Shown here piece by piece: positions 41,962 through 52,692 of a stretch of DNA of 64,000 nt. Every line of letters begins with the position of its first letter. Within the stretch, counting starts at the first letter, position 1. This DNA is from Candidatus Cloacimonadales bacterium (GTDB lineage Bacteria > Cloacimonadota > Cloacimonadia > Cloacimonadales > JAIOQZ01). The position numbers were made by a program, and so were the translations under genes. The stretch is taken from NCBI GenBank assembly GCA_963674825.1, contig OY771587.1, forward strand, positions 3,232,001 to 3,296,000, in the 5' to 3' direction. The notes under the pieces were generated by a model that saw only the letters and a program-made list of their open reading frames with translations, had not been told where the DNA came from and ran no database searches.

Positions 41962-42038
41962 GGGGGCGTAGTTCAGTTGGTTAGAACGCCTGCCTGTCAC
42001 GCAGGAGGTCGCGAGTTCGAGTCCCGTCGCTCCCGCCA
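41962..42038 (+). tRNA. tRNA-Asp (GTC)
   Basis: Cloverleaf, anticodon arm CCTGC-CTGTCAC-GCAGG, TTCGA loop, encoded CCA. Confidence 0.97.
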
Positions 42039-42071
42039 CTTTTTCCAACGCATTGTGTTCGATGTCTACGC

Positions 42072-42148
42072 GGGGGCGTAGTTCAGTTGGTTAGAACGCC
42101 TGCCTGTCACGCAGGAGGTCGCGAGTTCGAGTCCCGTCGCTCCCGCCA
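42072..42148 (+). tRNA. tRNA-Asp (GTC), identical second copy
   Basis: Same 77 nt sequence 110 bp downstream. Confidence 0.97.
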
Positions 42149-42305
42149 CTTTTTTTATCCAAACGAGATTTATAAGCACAATTTAACAGTAATTCCTTAT
42201 ACATGAAATTGCAGAAGCAATAGATTTGCTATATGGGTGAAGTAACATTCACAGAACGCAATAAATCCCTAAATAAACGACTCTACTCCCGGATATTGGG
42301 ATAAC

Positions 42306-43268
42306 TTAATACTCTTCCGTCTTAATCAGCTTGCCGGTGGGGTCGTAGTGCTCCTTGCTGGTTGGTTTACCACATTCGAAGTATTCGATTGTTTTTGCGC
42401 CGTTTTTCTTGATCGACTCTTCTTTGGTCTTTTGTTTGTCGGTGCCGTAATATCGGATAGTGGCAAGATGCCCGTCGCGATCGTAGATTTCGGCGCGGAT
42501 CATATCGCCGTTGTTGTTGAAAAAGCTTACCTTATCGAGCATGCCGTTGCGGTCGAACACTTCCTTGCGACAGATGTCGTTTTTTTCGAAATACTCAATT
42601 GTCTTTCTGCCGGTGCGTGAACAATACTCATTGAGTTTGAGCCGGCCCTTCTCGTCAAACTCTGTAATGCGATGGATATCACCGTCTGGCTTGAAGTATT
42701 CGCGCTTGATTTCCTTTTCCCGCTTATCGAAATACACGTTCTCGGTTTTCAGGCTGTCCTTGTCGAACAGCTCGATCATCTCGATGGATTTGTCTGGACG
42801 GTAATGCTCAATCTGTTTGGGGCTATCGGCCGGGAATCGCTCTACAACATTCATGACGCTGTCAGCGTCGAAATACGAGATAGATTCAATCGTATGGTCG
42901 TCATTGTACCATTGTATACGGTCCACTTTACCGTTTTTATAGAATTCCTTGGAGTAGATCGTTTTATCCGGACGTTCCCATTCTTTGCTGAGGATCACGC
43001 CGTTTTCATCATGGAATGTGCGGTAGAGGTTGCCGTCTTGAAGGAGTGCTTCAGTATAACGTAGGACATCATTTCCATCATAGTATTCGGTCTTGTACTT
43101 CAGGCTTTCTTCGTTCGTGTAGCGAATACCGGATTGGTAATCGGTGCGGACCGTTCTGCCGCCATATTTGTTCTTTGGATCAATCGTCTTGCCGTTTTTC
43201 GCGGAAAGATTCAAACCGAATAGCAGCAGGAATACAAGAAGCAGACTCGATGTACGCGATGTGATCAT
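42306..43268 (-). CDS. Exported beta-hairpin repeat protein (MORN/YwqK-like)
   Basis: Signal peptide; about 11-12 aa repeats of E.(Y/F)D..G... Confidence 0.65.
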   Translation of the reverse strand: MITSRTSSLLLVFLLLFGLNLSAKNGKTIDPKNKYGGRTVRTDYQSGIRYTNEESLKYKTEYYDGNDVLRYTEALLQDGNLYRTFHDENGVILSKEWERPDKTIYSKEFYKNGKVDRIQWYNDDHTIESISYFDADSVMNVVERFPADSPKQIEHYRPDKSIEMIELFDKDSLKTENVYFDKREKEIKREYFKPDGDIHRITEFDEKGRLKLNEYCSRTGRKTIEYFEKNDICRKEVFDRNGMLDKVSFFNNNGDMIRAEIYDRDGHLATIRYYGTDKQKTKEESIKKNGAKTIEYFECGKPTSKEHYDPTGKLIKTEEY

Positions 43269-43571
43269 TGGTTCAACCTCCAGATCGTTATCCCATGAGT
43301 TAAATTCAACTCATCAGTATCGTGATGATTTTGTCAATTAATAGATATATCCAGCTTCGAGGTGAATTACCAGGAACTACATCTTTCGCGTGAATAACCA
43401 CTTGACGTATGAGGTGGATTCCAGCATATGGATGTTGCGCTCAAGGCGCAGATATCTTCAGATGAAGCAATGAAAAGAAAATGATTTCTGTCGATAAAAA
43501 GTGTTGACAGGAAATACCCCTAACCAATTCCTTACCTTTAAGTTGTGATTTAGAAAAAAACGGAGGAATAA

Positions 43572-43853
43572 ATGCCGAATCATAAGTCATGTGAAAAACG
43601 GTTGCGCCAGGATAAAAAGCGCGGAGCTCGTAATCACTACGTAAAAAGCACAATAAACACGCTGTCGAAGAAAATGCGCAGCGAAATCAGCCTTGAAGAG
43701 AAGAAAGAACTGATGAGCGATCTTTTCTCAAAGCTTGACAAAGCCGCCAAGCACAACACGATCCACAAACGCACCGCATCGCGTCGTAAAGCCCGGATCG
43801 CCAAGTATTTCAACAAGCTCACGGCGGAACAGCAGGAAAACAAATCCGAATAA
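43572..43853 (+). CDS. rpsT: 30S ribosomal protein S20
   Basis: MPNHKSCEKRLRQ...LDKAAK...IHKRTASRRKAR. Confidence 0.96.
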   Translation: MPNHKSCEKRLRQDKKRGARNHYVKSTINTLSKKMRSEISLEEKKELMSDLFSKLDKAAKHNTIHKRTASRRKARIAKYFNKLTAEQQENKSE

Positions 43854-43891
43854 CGATCTCTGATCGTCGAGGAATATTACATTATAAAACT

Positions 43892-43921
43892 GGCAGGCAA
43901 TCATTCGCCTGCCGTTTTTTT
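43892..43921 (+). terminator. Intrinsic terminator after rpsT
   Basis: GGCAGGC-loop-GCCTGCC followed by GTTTTTTT. Confidence 0.85.
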
Positions 43922-43940
43922 CTGAAAGAAGGGACAGAAC

Positions 43941-44879
43941 ATGTTAGGAATCTTCAAATCGCTCAAGAAGCGGCTGGCAAAGACTCAGAATCAATTTGTA
44001 GGTAAGATCGCCGAAACCATCAGACTGCGCGGTAAGGTTGATGAAGACCTTATGGAAGAGCTGGAGGAAGTGCTCATTCAGGCTGACGTAGGCGTTGACC
44101 TGAGCATGGAAGTTATCGACAAGCTGCGTGAATATATACGATTACACAAAGAAAAAGATCCGAATGAAGTGGAAAAAGAGCTTATCCGCATCATCAGCGA
44201 AATCCTGATCGAAGAATACGCTGATGAGGAAGTGGAACACCCCATGACGGGAATCAAACCCTATGTAATGTTGTTTGTGGGTGTCAATGGTGTGGGGAAG
44301 ACCACCACCATCGGAAAACTCGCATCCAGATACCGCAGCGAAGGCAAGAAAGTTATGCTGATCGCGGGTGATACATTCCGAGCCGCCGCGATTGAACAGC
44401 TCGGAATCTGGGCTGATCGCTCCAAAGTCGAGATCGTCAAGAGCGAGCAGGGAGCCGATCCTTCCTCGATCGTGTACGACGGTCTTGTAGCAGCCAAGAC
44501 ACGCGGCATCGACGTCGTGCTGATCGATACGGCTGGACGCCAGCATACCAGAGTCAACCTCATGAGCGAACTCGGCAAGATCGACCGTACCATCAAGAAG
44601 GTGATCCCTGAGGCTCCGCACGAGGCAATCCTCGTCGTGGACGCTACGACCGGCCAGAACGCTATAACTCAGGCACGTCAGTTCAATCAGGCATCCTCTT
44701 TAAGCGGCCTGGCGCTTACCAAGCTGGATGGAACCGCCAAGGGCGGTATCGTTCTCGGCATCAAGCACGAGCTTGATATCCCGGTGCGTTTCATAGGCGT
44801 GGGCGAGCAGATCGACGATCTACGCGATTTCAACGCACAGGAGTTCTCGCAGGCGATCTTCGGCGAGCGGGAAGAATAA
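43941..44879 (+). CDS. ftsY: Signal recognition particle receptor FtsY
   Basis: GVNGVGKTTT, DTFRAAA, DTAGR, TKLDGTAKGG. Confidence 0.98.
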   Translation: MLGIFKSLKKRLAKTQNQFVGKIAETIRLRGKVDEDLMEELEEVLIQADVGVDLSMEVIDKLREYIRLHKEKDPNEVEKELIRIISEILIEEYADEEVEHPMTGIKPYVMLFVGVNGVGKTTTIGKLASRYRSEGKKVMLIAGDTFRAAAIEQLGIWADRSKVEIVKSEQGADPSSIVYDGLVAAKTRGIDVVLIDTAGRQHTRVNLMSELGKIDRTIKKVIPEAPHEAILVVDATTGQNAITQARQFNQASSLSGLALTKLDGTAKGGIVLGIKHELDIPVRFIGVGEQIDDLRDFNAQEFSQAIFGEREE

Positions 44880-44984
44880 GCTTTACAAAACCGGAATAAA
44901 TCCGTAGTTCATCATTCAAGGCCCGGTTGATCACACGTGTGCTCAATCGGGTCGATACATCCAATATTCTCCACTGCGAGGTGA

Positions 44985-46475
44985 ATGATGAAAAAAACAA
45001 TCACGATTCTGATCCTTTTGTCTCTGGCACTTCTTTTCTGCCAGGACGACTATGAAGCCTGGAAGCGTCAGCAAGCACAGGAAATCGAGCAGTTCATCAG
45101 CGAGCAGGACGCCGCGTTTGTGGAGTTTCTGGAGAAAGACTGGGTCGGATTCCAGGCAATGGCTGGCCGGAAGCGTTTTCAAGAGCCAAAACCGGAGACA
45201 CCACCCGAGATCGAGCCTGTTCCGGTACCGGACATACCGGAGGGTCGTGAGACCGTGAAAATACCGCTTCCAGAGCTCAAACATGAGGTACGCCCTGTTG
45301 CGCTGGTTCCGGTCGAAGATCCATCCGGAAACGTCTCGATGCGCTCCTTCACCGATCCTAACGATATCCCCACAGCGGAAGAAGAGACCATCACCCTCGA
45401 TTTCTACGGCGTTTCCACGCAGATACGATACAAAGCATCTCAGGACGCTGATCCGATTCAATCCACCGATAAGGACGCCATCGCCGCGTTCTGGAAGAAT
45501 ACCGCTTCTGCCGATAACGACGACACGTTGGCCGATCTGCAAAGTCTGCGGTCCTCTCTTCAGATGAACGATTGGGCCTACATCGTCTATCTGAAAGTCC
45601 TTGGGGAAAACCGCTACGCCGAATCGCCCAACAGCGCGCTGCTGCTGACCTGGTACTATCTGGTAAAATCCGGTTATGGCATTCGGATTGGTTACGACCA
45701 GACAGGCGTTTTTCTGCTGATTGCCGGCAAGCAAAAGATTTACGGCTATCCGTACGTCGATATAGATAACGAAACCTATTACGCCATAACCTTTTCCGGT
45801 TATTCCCCTGAAGAAATCTATACTTATCGGGGCGAATACCCGGACGCGATGCGCCTTGTCGATCTGACGCTGAAGAGTGCGCCGGAATTCAATGACAGAC
45901 AAAACGAACGAATGCTCACTTTCTCCTATAATGATGCACTATACGAGATCCCGGTTCGTTATAACCTGTCTGCCATCGAGTTCTACAAAAGCTATCCGGC
46001 AACCGATCTGGATGTTTATTTCGAGACGCCGCTGACAGTCGAATCGGAAGCGAGTCTCACTGAGAAGCTCAGGCCTTTGCTCGAAGGAAAGAATGAAGCC
46101 GAAGCGCTCAACATGCTGCTTCGGTTCGTACAGACTGCTTTCCAATACCGTACCGACCAAGAGCAATTCGGTGACGAGAAGAGCTTCTTCCCGGACGAAG
46201 CAATCCACTATCCCTATTGCGATTGCGAGGATCGATCCATCCTCTTCGCGCGGCTTGTTCGTAATCTTCTGGGGCGAAAGGTGATCGGTCTCAAATATCC
46301 CGGGCATATCGCTACGGCGGTGCAGCTCGATGGCGAAATCGAAGGTGATACTGTAGAATTCGCCGACACAAAATACCTGATTTGTGACCCAACTTACATC
46401 AACGCCAACATCGGTGTCGCCATGCCCGATTTCAAAGATGTTGATCCCGAGGTAATACCGCTACACAAACTATGA
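44985..46475 (+). CDS. Exported protein with a C-terminal transglutaminase-like domain
   Basis: Signal peptide; DCEDRS, PGHIATAV, CDPT (Cys-His-Asp). Confidence 0.75.
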   Translation: MMKKTITILILLSLALLFCQDDYEAWKRQQAQEIEQFISEQDAAFVEFLEKDWVGFQAMAGRKRFQEPKPETPPEIEPVPVPDIPEGRETVKIPLPELKHEVRPVALVPVEDPSGNVSMRSFTDPNDIPTAEEETITLDFYGVSTQIRYKASQDADPIQSTDKDAIAAFWKNTASADNDDTLADLQSLRSSLQMNDWAYIVYLKVLGENRYAESPNSALLLTWYYLVKSGYGIRIGYDQTGVFLLIAGKQKIYGYPYVDIDNETYYAITFSGYSPEEIYTYRGEYPDAMRLVDLTLKSAPEFNDRQNERMLTFSYNDALYEIPVRYNLSAIEFYKSYPATDLDVYFETPLTVESEASLTEKLRPLLEGKNEAEALNMLLRFVQTAFQYRTDQEQFGDEKSFFPDEAIHYPYCDCEDRSILFARLVRNLLGRKVIGLKYPGHIATAVQLDGEIEGDTVEFADTKYLICDPTYINANIGVAMPDFKDVDPEVIPLHKL

Positions 46476-49165
46476 AGACAATATTATACGACTTCCGTGA
46501 CGACCTGATCCTTCGCGCGATCAAACAAAATCGTGATTCGCACGCAATTCTGGTTTTCACCAACCGCAAAAACCTTGTCCGCGCTCAGAAGATCGTTCAG
46601 CGCGAAGTACCGTTCGGACCACTGAAACTGGTTACGCTGGAGCAACTGACAGAGCAATGCCTGAAAGTGACCTCCCCGGTCTTGCGACGAGACCTTAGAC
46701 CGTTCTTACTCTGGAGCAGCCTGACCCAGGATGACCGCGAATGGCTCAACATCGCGTCGTTCCGCGGAGCGCAGACCTTTACGCGCAGATTCTTCCGATT
46801 GATGCAGGAGTGGCGGGACTACCGTCTTTCGCTTTCGATAGATTGGGACGAGCTGTATGAATCGAAGCTATCATCCGATACGATCCAATGGCAGCAGCAT
46901 ACCTGGGAACGGATTCTCGCGATTCGGGAGGCTTACCGGAAACATCTGACCGCCCAGAATCTTACCGATCCGATCTTTATAGCCGAACTGGAAAAACCGC
47001 ATGACCTGAGAGATTATCGCAAGATTCTGGTAGTCAATCCCTTCCGGTTGACACCGTTTGAGCATCAGATATTAGAGCTGTTCGAAGAGGGTATCGTCAT
47101 GCTCAAGGCAAGCCCAGGGTGGGTGAGAGACGGAGGATTGGTGCCGGAGCGGATCAGCTTCGATACGCTCGAAGAGACAATTACCATCGAAGTGGAGATG
47201 ATCGAACGCACCGACCGTATCTCGCTTGATCTGGCGCTACTCGGTAGGCTTCGAGAGGATAGCCGTGCGATCGTCGTGGATAACCAGATGCAAACGGAGC
47301 CGGTCTATCGCCTGGTTGATACCGTTGTCCTCGCTTCCGAGATGCAGGATCCTATTTCGCTGGATTCGGGCTACGTCTTCTTTGTCTCGATGCGCGATAT
47401 CGCGTCACAACTCGAATATCGGGATGATGATCCAGTGCCTCTATTTCCTGCCTACTTGCTGATCCGTGCGATGGAGTGCGACATTTTCCGCGGACTATTT
47501 TTTAATGGTGATTTCCACGCTGAACTGATACGCAAAGTAAAGAATGACAGTATCCGCGCATTGCCACTTGATTTGAACATCTTCAATGGGATTTCAAGCG
47601 ATTTCCATGATGAAATCAGAGCGCTTCTGTCGCTAAAAAGCATGCGTGATCTGAGCGACTATATCTCGCGAATTGTGCTCCGTATCGCGGATTACCTGAG
47701 CGAGAAGATGCTACGAATTCTTCTGGAAACGGCGTCGATCATGAGCAGGACTTCCACGGACATGAAGGGCGTGCAATTGCTGGATGCCTTTCTCGCCATG
47801 CTCGATACGAAGATGATGCACACTCGACGAGCTGGCGGAGCGTCGCATCTGATGACGCTTGCCGATACGGACAACCTGCCAGCGATGGGTGAGGTGCTCT
47901 TCATGAACATTCAGGAGGGTATCCTGCCGTCACAGAATCGCGCTACATACCTGTTCACCGACAACCAGCGCATGAAGCTTGGCCTTCCGACCGCAGATCT
48001 ACGTCGTATGCAAGAGTTCTATCGTTTCATTGCACTTTGCCTCTCCAGCGACAAAGTGACACTCCTTTTCCGCACCGATAATGACGCAAACCTGCACGTG
48101 AGCAGCTTTGCCGAAGCGCTGATGATCTATCGCGGTGCGAAGATCGCCAAGGCGGGTGATGCTTTCGCCTTTGCGGGTGACTACGCTGCGTATCTGAAAG
48201 GGCTTTACCGGACGCAACGCACCGATAGCGACGAGGTGGAACCGATACGAATTCCGCTATCACCCATGCTCGAAGATGGACGTCTTTCGCTTTCTTTCTC
48301 CGGGTTCCAGACGCTTCATCTGGATCCTGCGGCCTATTGCCTGAAGCATTTGGCGGGACTCAATCCACTGGAGATCACTGAAGAGCGCGGGTTGGACAAC
48401 CTGATCTTCGGCAACCTCGTTCACGAAGTGATGCAGAACCTGTTTCTTGAGTTCAACCGCATGAATCTGCAAGATCAGGATGTTCCGATTGAAGAACATC
48501 GTCTGAACGCGCTGATCGAGCGGCAGTTCGACTGGGTTATGCGCAACAGGAAGAAGTTTTACTACCGCATTCCCTGCGGCTATAGTCGAACCTACTTCGA
48601 GCATATTCTGCTGCCCTATTTGAGGGCTTCCGTAGCTGATTTCGTCGTGCAATTCGCCGCACTGGTACAAGCACCTTCGATTCGTCATTTCCGCTTCCAC
48701 ACCGAGTGCGGAAAGCCGATCTGCAGCATGTATCACAATCCACCGCTGGAGCTGAGGTACGAGGACGAAGACAGATCGCTCACGCTCGATCTCCACGGTC
48801 GAATCGATCTTCTGGCGCAAGACCTCTCGTCGAATCGCTTCTGGATCTTCGATTTCAAGACAGGCACCAGCAGCGGTTTCGATAAGGGCGTTTCACCATA
48901 TCAGTCGAGATTTTACGAGCGCATCCTCTTCGCCGACGAGACGGGGGAACCTTCCGCCCACGGGAGCTACGAATCGCGCTATTACTTTGTGATGGACAGC
49001 AAGCTGCTTCCCTTCAGCGCAAAGACATCCTGGGCAACCCTCAAGGTGATGATTGAAAACGCCTTCTATCCGGTCGTGATGAACGATTTCTTTACAGCTA
49101 CCAGCCGTACGGATGCCCGTAACCTGCCCTACCTGGATCTCTACGGAAAGCGAGGTGTGAAATGA
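46472..49165 (+). CDS. AddB-like protein with a C-terminal PD-(D/E)XK nuclease
   Basis: EGILP, FGNLVH, GRIDLL, DFKTG, Q...Y; coupled to an AddA-like gene. Confidence 0.8.
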   Translation: MKTILYDFRDDLILRAIKQNRDSHAILVFTNRKNLVRAQKIVQREVPFGPLKLVTLEQLTEQCLKVTSPVLRRDLRPFLLWSSLTQDDREWLNIASFRGAQTFTRRFFRLMQEWRDYRLSLSIDWDELYESKLSSDTIQWQQHTWERILAIREAYRKHLTAQNLTDPIFIAELEKPHDLRDYRKILVVNPFRLTPFEHQILELFEEGIVMLKASPGWVRDGGLVPERISFDTLEETITIEVEMIERTDRISLDLALLGRLREDSRAIVVDNQMQTEPVYRLVDTVVLASEMQDPISLDSGYVFFVSMRDIASQLEYRDDDPVPLFPAYLLIRAMECDIFRGLFFNGDFHAELIRKVKNDSIRALPLDLNIFNGISSDFHDEIRALLSLKSMRDLSDYISRIVLRIADYLSEKMLRILLETASIMSRTSTDMKGVQLLDAFLAMLDTKMMHTRRAGGASHLMTLADTDNLPAMGEVLFMNIQEGILPSQNRATYLFTDNQRMKLGLPTADLRRMQEFYRFIALCLSSDKVTLLFRTDNDANLHVSSFAEALMIYRGAKIAKAGDAFAFAGDYAAYLKGLYRTQRTDSDEVEPIRIPLSPMLEDGRLSLSFSGFQTLHLDPAAYCLKHLAGLNPLEITEERGLDNLIFGNLVHEVMQNLFLEFNRMNLQDQDVPIEEHRLNALIERQFDWVMRNRKKFYYRIPCGYSRTYFEHILLPYLRASVADFVVQFAALVQAPSIRHFRFHTECGKPICSMYHNPPLELRYEDEDRSLTLDLHGRIDLLAQDLSSNRFWIFDFKTGTSSGFDKGVSPYQSRFYERILFADETGEPSAHGSYESRYYFVMDSKLLPFSAKTSWATLKVMIENAFYPVVMNDFFTATSRTDARNLPYLDLYGKRGVK

Positions 49166-52100
49166 TGATGACGCGCGTGGTCAAAGCCAGTGCCGGTACT
49201 GGGAAAACCTATCGCATCTCAGTAGAATTCATTGCCACTCTGCTACGGATGGGCTTGCAGACAGGCTATACTCGCGACGACATCTACCGCGAGATTCTGG
49301 TGATAACCTTCACTCGCAAGGCGACTTCCGAGATTCGGGAACGCATCTTCGAGCATCTCGGCATGATCGTTCGTCGCGAAGAGGGTTACCTGGATATCCT
49401 GCGGACAACGCTGGACGAGCAGCAGTTCGATTTCCTGCATCGTGTCTTCGACAGTATGCGCCGAAACAAACATCTGCTCATGATTCGCACCATTGACGGC
49501 TTCACGCAGCTTGTTTTCCAGCAACTGGTAGCGCCGGCCATGCAGCTCGACGATTTCACCGTGATCAACGACAACGACGACGAGGTATATCAGCTCATTC
49601 TGGAGCGGATAATCGAGGATAAACCATCGTTGGATGCCTTCTCGAGCGTCTTCCAGAAATACATCCATCGAGGCAAGGATCTCTCAGCTTACCGCAACCT
49701 TGTCAGGGGTATGATCGATAACCGTTGGCTGTTCGACATACGCAGCATGCTGGCCGCGACGCAAAGCACGGGAAACGCATATCAGCAGTATCGCCTCACA
49801 CTGGTTGATTTCATCGGTACCCGGCTCAGTCGCGATATCGCGCTTGGGGAATACTTCATCAAGAGCGATCTGAGAGCCGCCATCGAGCATGATGGAATCG
49901 ATTGGATGAACTTTGAGACAGTCATTCCGACAGCGCTGAACGATGATATGCTGCGGATTCACGCAGCGGGATTCCTGGCGGAGAAGATTTTCAGCAAACG
50001 TAAGACATCCGACGAACTGCGCGAGGTGTATCACCGGGAGGTGTTTCCGCATTTACTTCGGGGTGTCTTCGATGATATCCGCAAGGAAGAGACCACCATT
50101 CGCGGAATCGCGCAGAGCGTGTTCCACGAATACGATCGCATCAAGATGCAAGCACGCGAATTCACCCACAACGACATCCTATGGTACACCTACCAGATGT
50201 TACATCGCGATGAGATGGGGTTGATCGACCCCAGCAGCAACATGGTCACCAACCTTTTCTACGAGTTCCTCACGCAACGCATTCGCTACATCTTTATAGA
50301 TGAATTCCAGGACACCAGCATCCTGCAATGGAAGCTACTGGAGCCGCTGCTGATCGAATACGCCAGCGGCTATGGAACCGCGAATTACGGTGGGTTCATT
50401 ATCGTGGGCGACGAAAAGCAGGCGATCTATGGCTGGCGTGGGGGAGAGCGGGAACTGCTCGGTAAGATCGGTAGCGTATTCCCAACCGTCGAACAGGAGA
50501 CTCTTTCCACATGCTATCGTAGCCACAAGGGCATCCTTGATTTCGTAAACGGCTACTTCGGAGCAATTTCCCGAACACTCGGCGAGCATATCTGGCAGTA
50601 CGATGCAGTCGATCATTTGCCGTATAAAACCGCCGGCTACGTTGAGGTGCGGTTCGATCATTACAGCTATTCGAAGAACACGCCACGCAGCAAGGATCTC
50701 TGCTATAGCGATTTCGTGCAGAAAATGATTGCACCGCGTTTTGCTGTGGATGCCGAAAAGCCGCTCCGGATGCAGGATTCGGTGATTTTGGCGCGCACAA
50801 ACAAAGACCTCGATCGCATCGCGCTGGAACTGGACAGCATCGGGATCCCCTACATCCACGAATCGAGCGCGTCGCTGGCCGAACATAAGCTGGTCAAACC
50901 ACTGATTTTCCTGCTACGCTATCTTGCATGGTTCGATCTGCTCGATCTGCTGGTGTTCCTGCGCTCGGACTATTTCCTGATGAGCAATGAGCTCCTCACA
51001 CGCATTTTGCTCTGGTATCGCCGGAACAAGGACGGTGAGCACAGCCTCGATTTTCTCCGTAAGCTTGCAGAGGCAGTCGACGATCAATCGTTGAACGACT
51101 TGACTTCTGTCCTGGCCGATCAGATGGCAAAACCGCAACTCTATCGGGTTCTGGCGGAGACTATTGGAAGACATGGTTCCACCGGTTGGAATCAGGTTGA
51201 TCTGCGCAATCTTGCAAAGTTCATGGAGTACGTACAGCGATCCGATCAAGATAGCGTGTATGGTTTCCTGCGAGAGCTGGAGAAGAATAGAGGCGACGAC
51301 GCGCTGAGCCAGGTTGGCCTGGAAGAGGGTGACGCGATTCGCCTGATGAGCATCCACAAATCGAAGGGATTGCAGTTCGATAATACGTTCGTATTTCAGC
51401 AGTTCAGCAATCGTGGCGGCGGAAACGCAGGACTCCTGCGGCTGCAATCGTTCTATAGGCTTTCACCGGAGTCGGTTACTCCCGAAGAGCTGCTTCTATG
51501 CAACAGCGAATATGTCTCGCTCCTGAAAAACTGCCTGGAAGGTGCACATGGAACGCCATTCGAGCAGGCTCATCAGTTGATGCAGCATGATGATCTTGCG
51601 GATTTCACCGACCAGATCAACGCGCTTTATGTTGCGCTTACCCGTGCGAAGAACAACCTCTTTCTCTACGCAGTAATGCAAGCGACGGATATCATGGATG
51701 GAGTGAAGAAGGCACAAATCGAGAGCGGTACTCTGAAATCGCTGGCTGGATACCTGTACCAGGTACTCGAGAACGGAATCGATGAGGAATACATTTATCG
51801 TAGTGGTGAAATCACCGTTACCGGTGATGCTGAAGAAGTTACGCAACCCAGATCAAACGCGGAAGTCGAAACGGTCATGAGGTATTTAAATCGTGCGAAC
51901 GCATATCACGAAGATGTAATCTCCGATCCGCAAAACGCGCATCTGCTGATTGCATCCCATCGAAACGATGCGATCTCCCGTGGTGAAATCGTTCATCTGT
52001 GCCTGTCCATGATTCGGACGGGAACCCAAAAGGAATTTGAAGCTGCAAGGACCGCTGCTTATCGCGATTTCGGTGGCATCTACGGCGTTGAGGAGATCGA

Positions 52101-52386
52101 TAATTTGCTGGATCGGCTTCGCGAATGGGCGAAGAATTATCCTGATATCTTCTCTGCGAAGTGGACGCGTATATTCAACGAAATTCCCATTTTTGACGAT
52201 GATGGCAGCGAATACCGCATCGACCGGCTTCTTATCGATGATGAGGACAAACAGATCCTGATCGTGGATTACAAAACTGGTGGAATTTCTGAAGCCTGGC
52301 AGGAACGAAAATACGTTGAAATCGTTATGCAGATAGTTGGTGGGGAATATACGGTTGAATTCCGGTATGCTGAGGTGAGAGTTTAG
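49162..52386 (+). CDS. addA: AddA-like UvrD helicase-nuclease
   Basis: ASAGTGKT, ITFT.KA..E...R, DEFQD, GDEKQAIY.WRG, IHKSKGL, YVALTRA, RIDRL..DYKTG. Confidence 0.88.
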   Translation: MMMTRVVKASAGTGKTYRISVEFIATLLRMGLQTGYTRDDIYREILVITFTRKATSEIRERIFEHLGMIVRREEGYLDILRTTLDEQQFDFLHRVFDSMRRNKHLLMIRTIDGFTQLVFQQLVAPAMQLDDFTVINDNDDEVYQLILERIIEDKPSLDAFSSVFQKYIHRGKDLSAYRNLVRGMIDNRWLFDIRSMLAATQSTGNAYQQYRLTLVDFIGTRLSRDIALGEYFIKSDLRAAIEHDGIDWMNFETVIPTALNDDMLRIHAAGFLAEKIFSKRKTSDELREVYHREVFPHLLRGVFDDIRKEETTIRGIAQSVFHEYDRIKMQAREFTHNDILWYTYQMLHRDEMGLIDPSSNMVTNLFYEFLTQRIRYIFIDEFQDTSILQWKLLEPLLIEYASGYGTANYGGFIIVGDEKQAIYGWRGGERELLGKIGSVFPTVEQETLSTCYRSHKGILDFVNGYFGAISRTLGEHIWQYDAVDHLPYKTAGYVEVRFDHYSYSKNTPRSKDLCYSDFVQKMIAPRFAVDAEKPLRMQDSVILARTNKDLDRIALELDSIGIPYIHESSASLAEHKLVKPLIFLLRYLAWFDLLDLLVFLRSDYFLMSNELLTRILLWYRRNKDGEHSLDFLRKLAEAVDDQSLNDLTSVLADQMAKPQLYRVLAETIGRHGSTGWNQVDLRNLAKFMEYVQRSDQDSVYGFLRELEKNRGDDALSQVGLEEGDAIRLMSIHKSKGLQFDNTFVFQQFSNRGGGNAGLLRLQSFYRLSPESVTPEELLLCNSEYVSLLKNCLEGAHGTPFEQAHQLMQHDDLADFTDQINALYVALTRAKNNLFLYAVMQATDIMDGVKKAQIESGTLKSLAGYLYQVLENGIDEEYIYRSGEITVTGDAEEVTQPRSNAEVETVMRYLNRANAYHEDVISDPQNAHLLIASHRNDAISRGEIVHLCLSMIRTGTQKEFEAARTAAYRDFGGIYGVEEIDNLLDRLREWAKNYPDIFSAKWTRIFNEIPIFDDDGSEYRIDRLLIDDEDKQILIVDYKTGGISEAWQERKYVEIVMQIVGGEYTVEFRYAEVRV

Positions 52387-52410
52387 CGGGATATCGCTGT
52401 TATAGGTTAA

Positions 52411-52692
52411 TTAATAACGGTGTTGAAACGAGTTTCTCGGGCGAGGAGCTCGTTCACGTGCACCGTCAACTTTCAAATTTCTTCCACCGAACATAGAATC
52501 GTTCAGTGCGGTAATCGCGGCCTGCGCACCCTCATCGTCCATTTCGAGGAAACCATAGCCTTTCTTCTTGCCGGTTTCGCGATCGACAATGAGTTTTACA
52601 GATTCGACGGTTCCGTATTGCTCAAACAGTTCCTGAATTTCTTCTTCGCTTGTTTGATACGGTAAGTTGCCGACATACAGTTTTTGACTCAT
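52411..52692 (-). CDS. RRM RNA-binding protein
   Basis: KLYVGNL (RNP2), KGYGFLEM (RNP1); start at ATG 52692 behind AAGGAG. Confidence 0.95.
   Translation of the reverse strand: MSQKLYVGNLPYQTSEEEIQELFEQYGTVESVKLIVDRETGKKKGYGFLEMDDEGAQAAITALNDSMFGGRNLKVDGARERAPRPRNSFQHRY

Noticed and set aside
39664..42148. Excisionase-like gene near tRNA genes as a prophage/ICE
   Set aside because: No integrase, att duplication or phage genes; hslO lies between them.
43270..43500. Intergenic region with several short palindromes (e.g. ATGAGTT..AACTCAT)
   Set aside because: The stems are short and match no RNA family I recognise; evidence is insufficient.
44920..44953. Long hairpin after ftsY as SRP RNA
   Set aside because: It lacks the SRP domain IV consensus and is too short.
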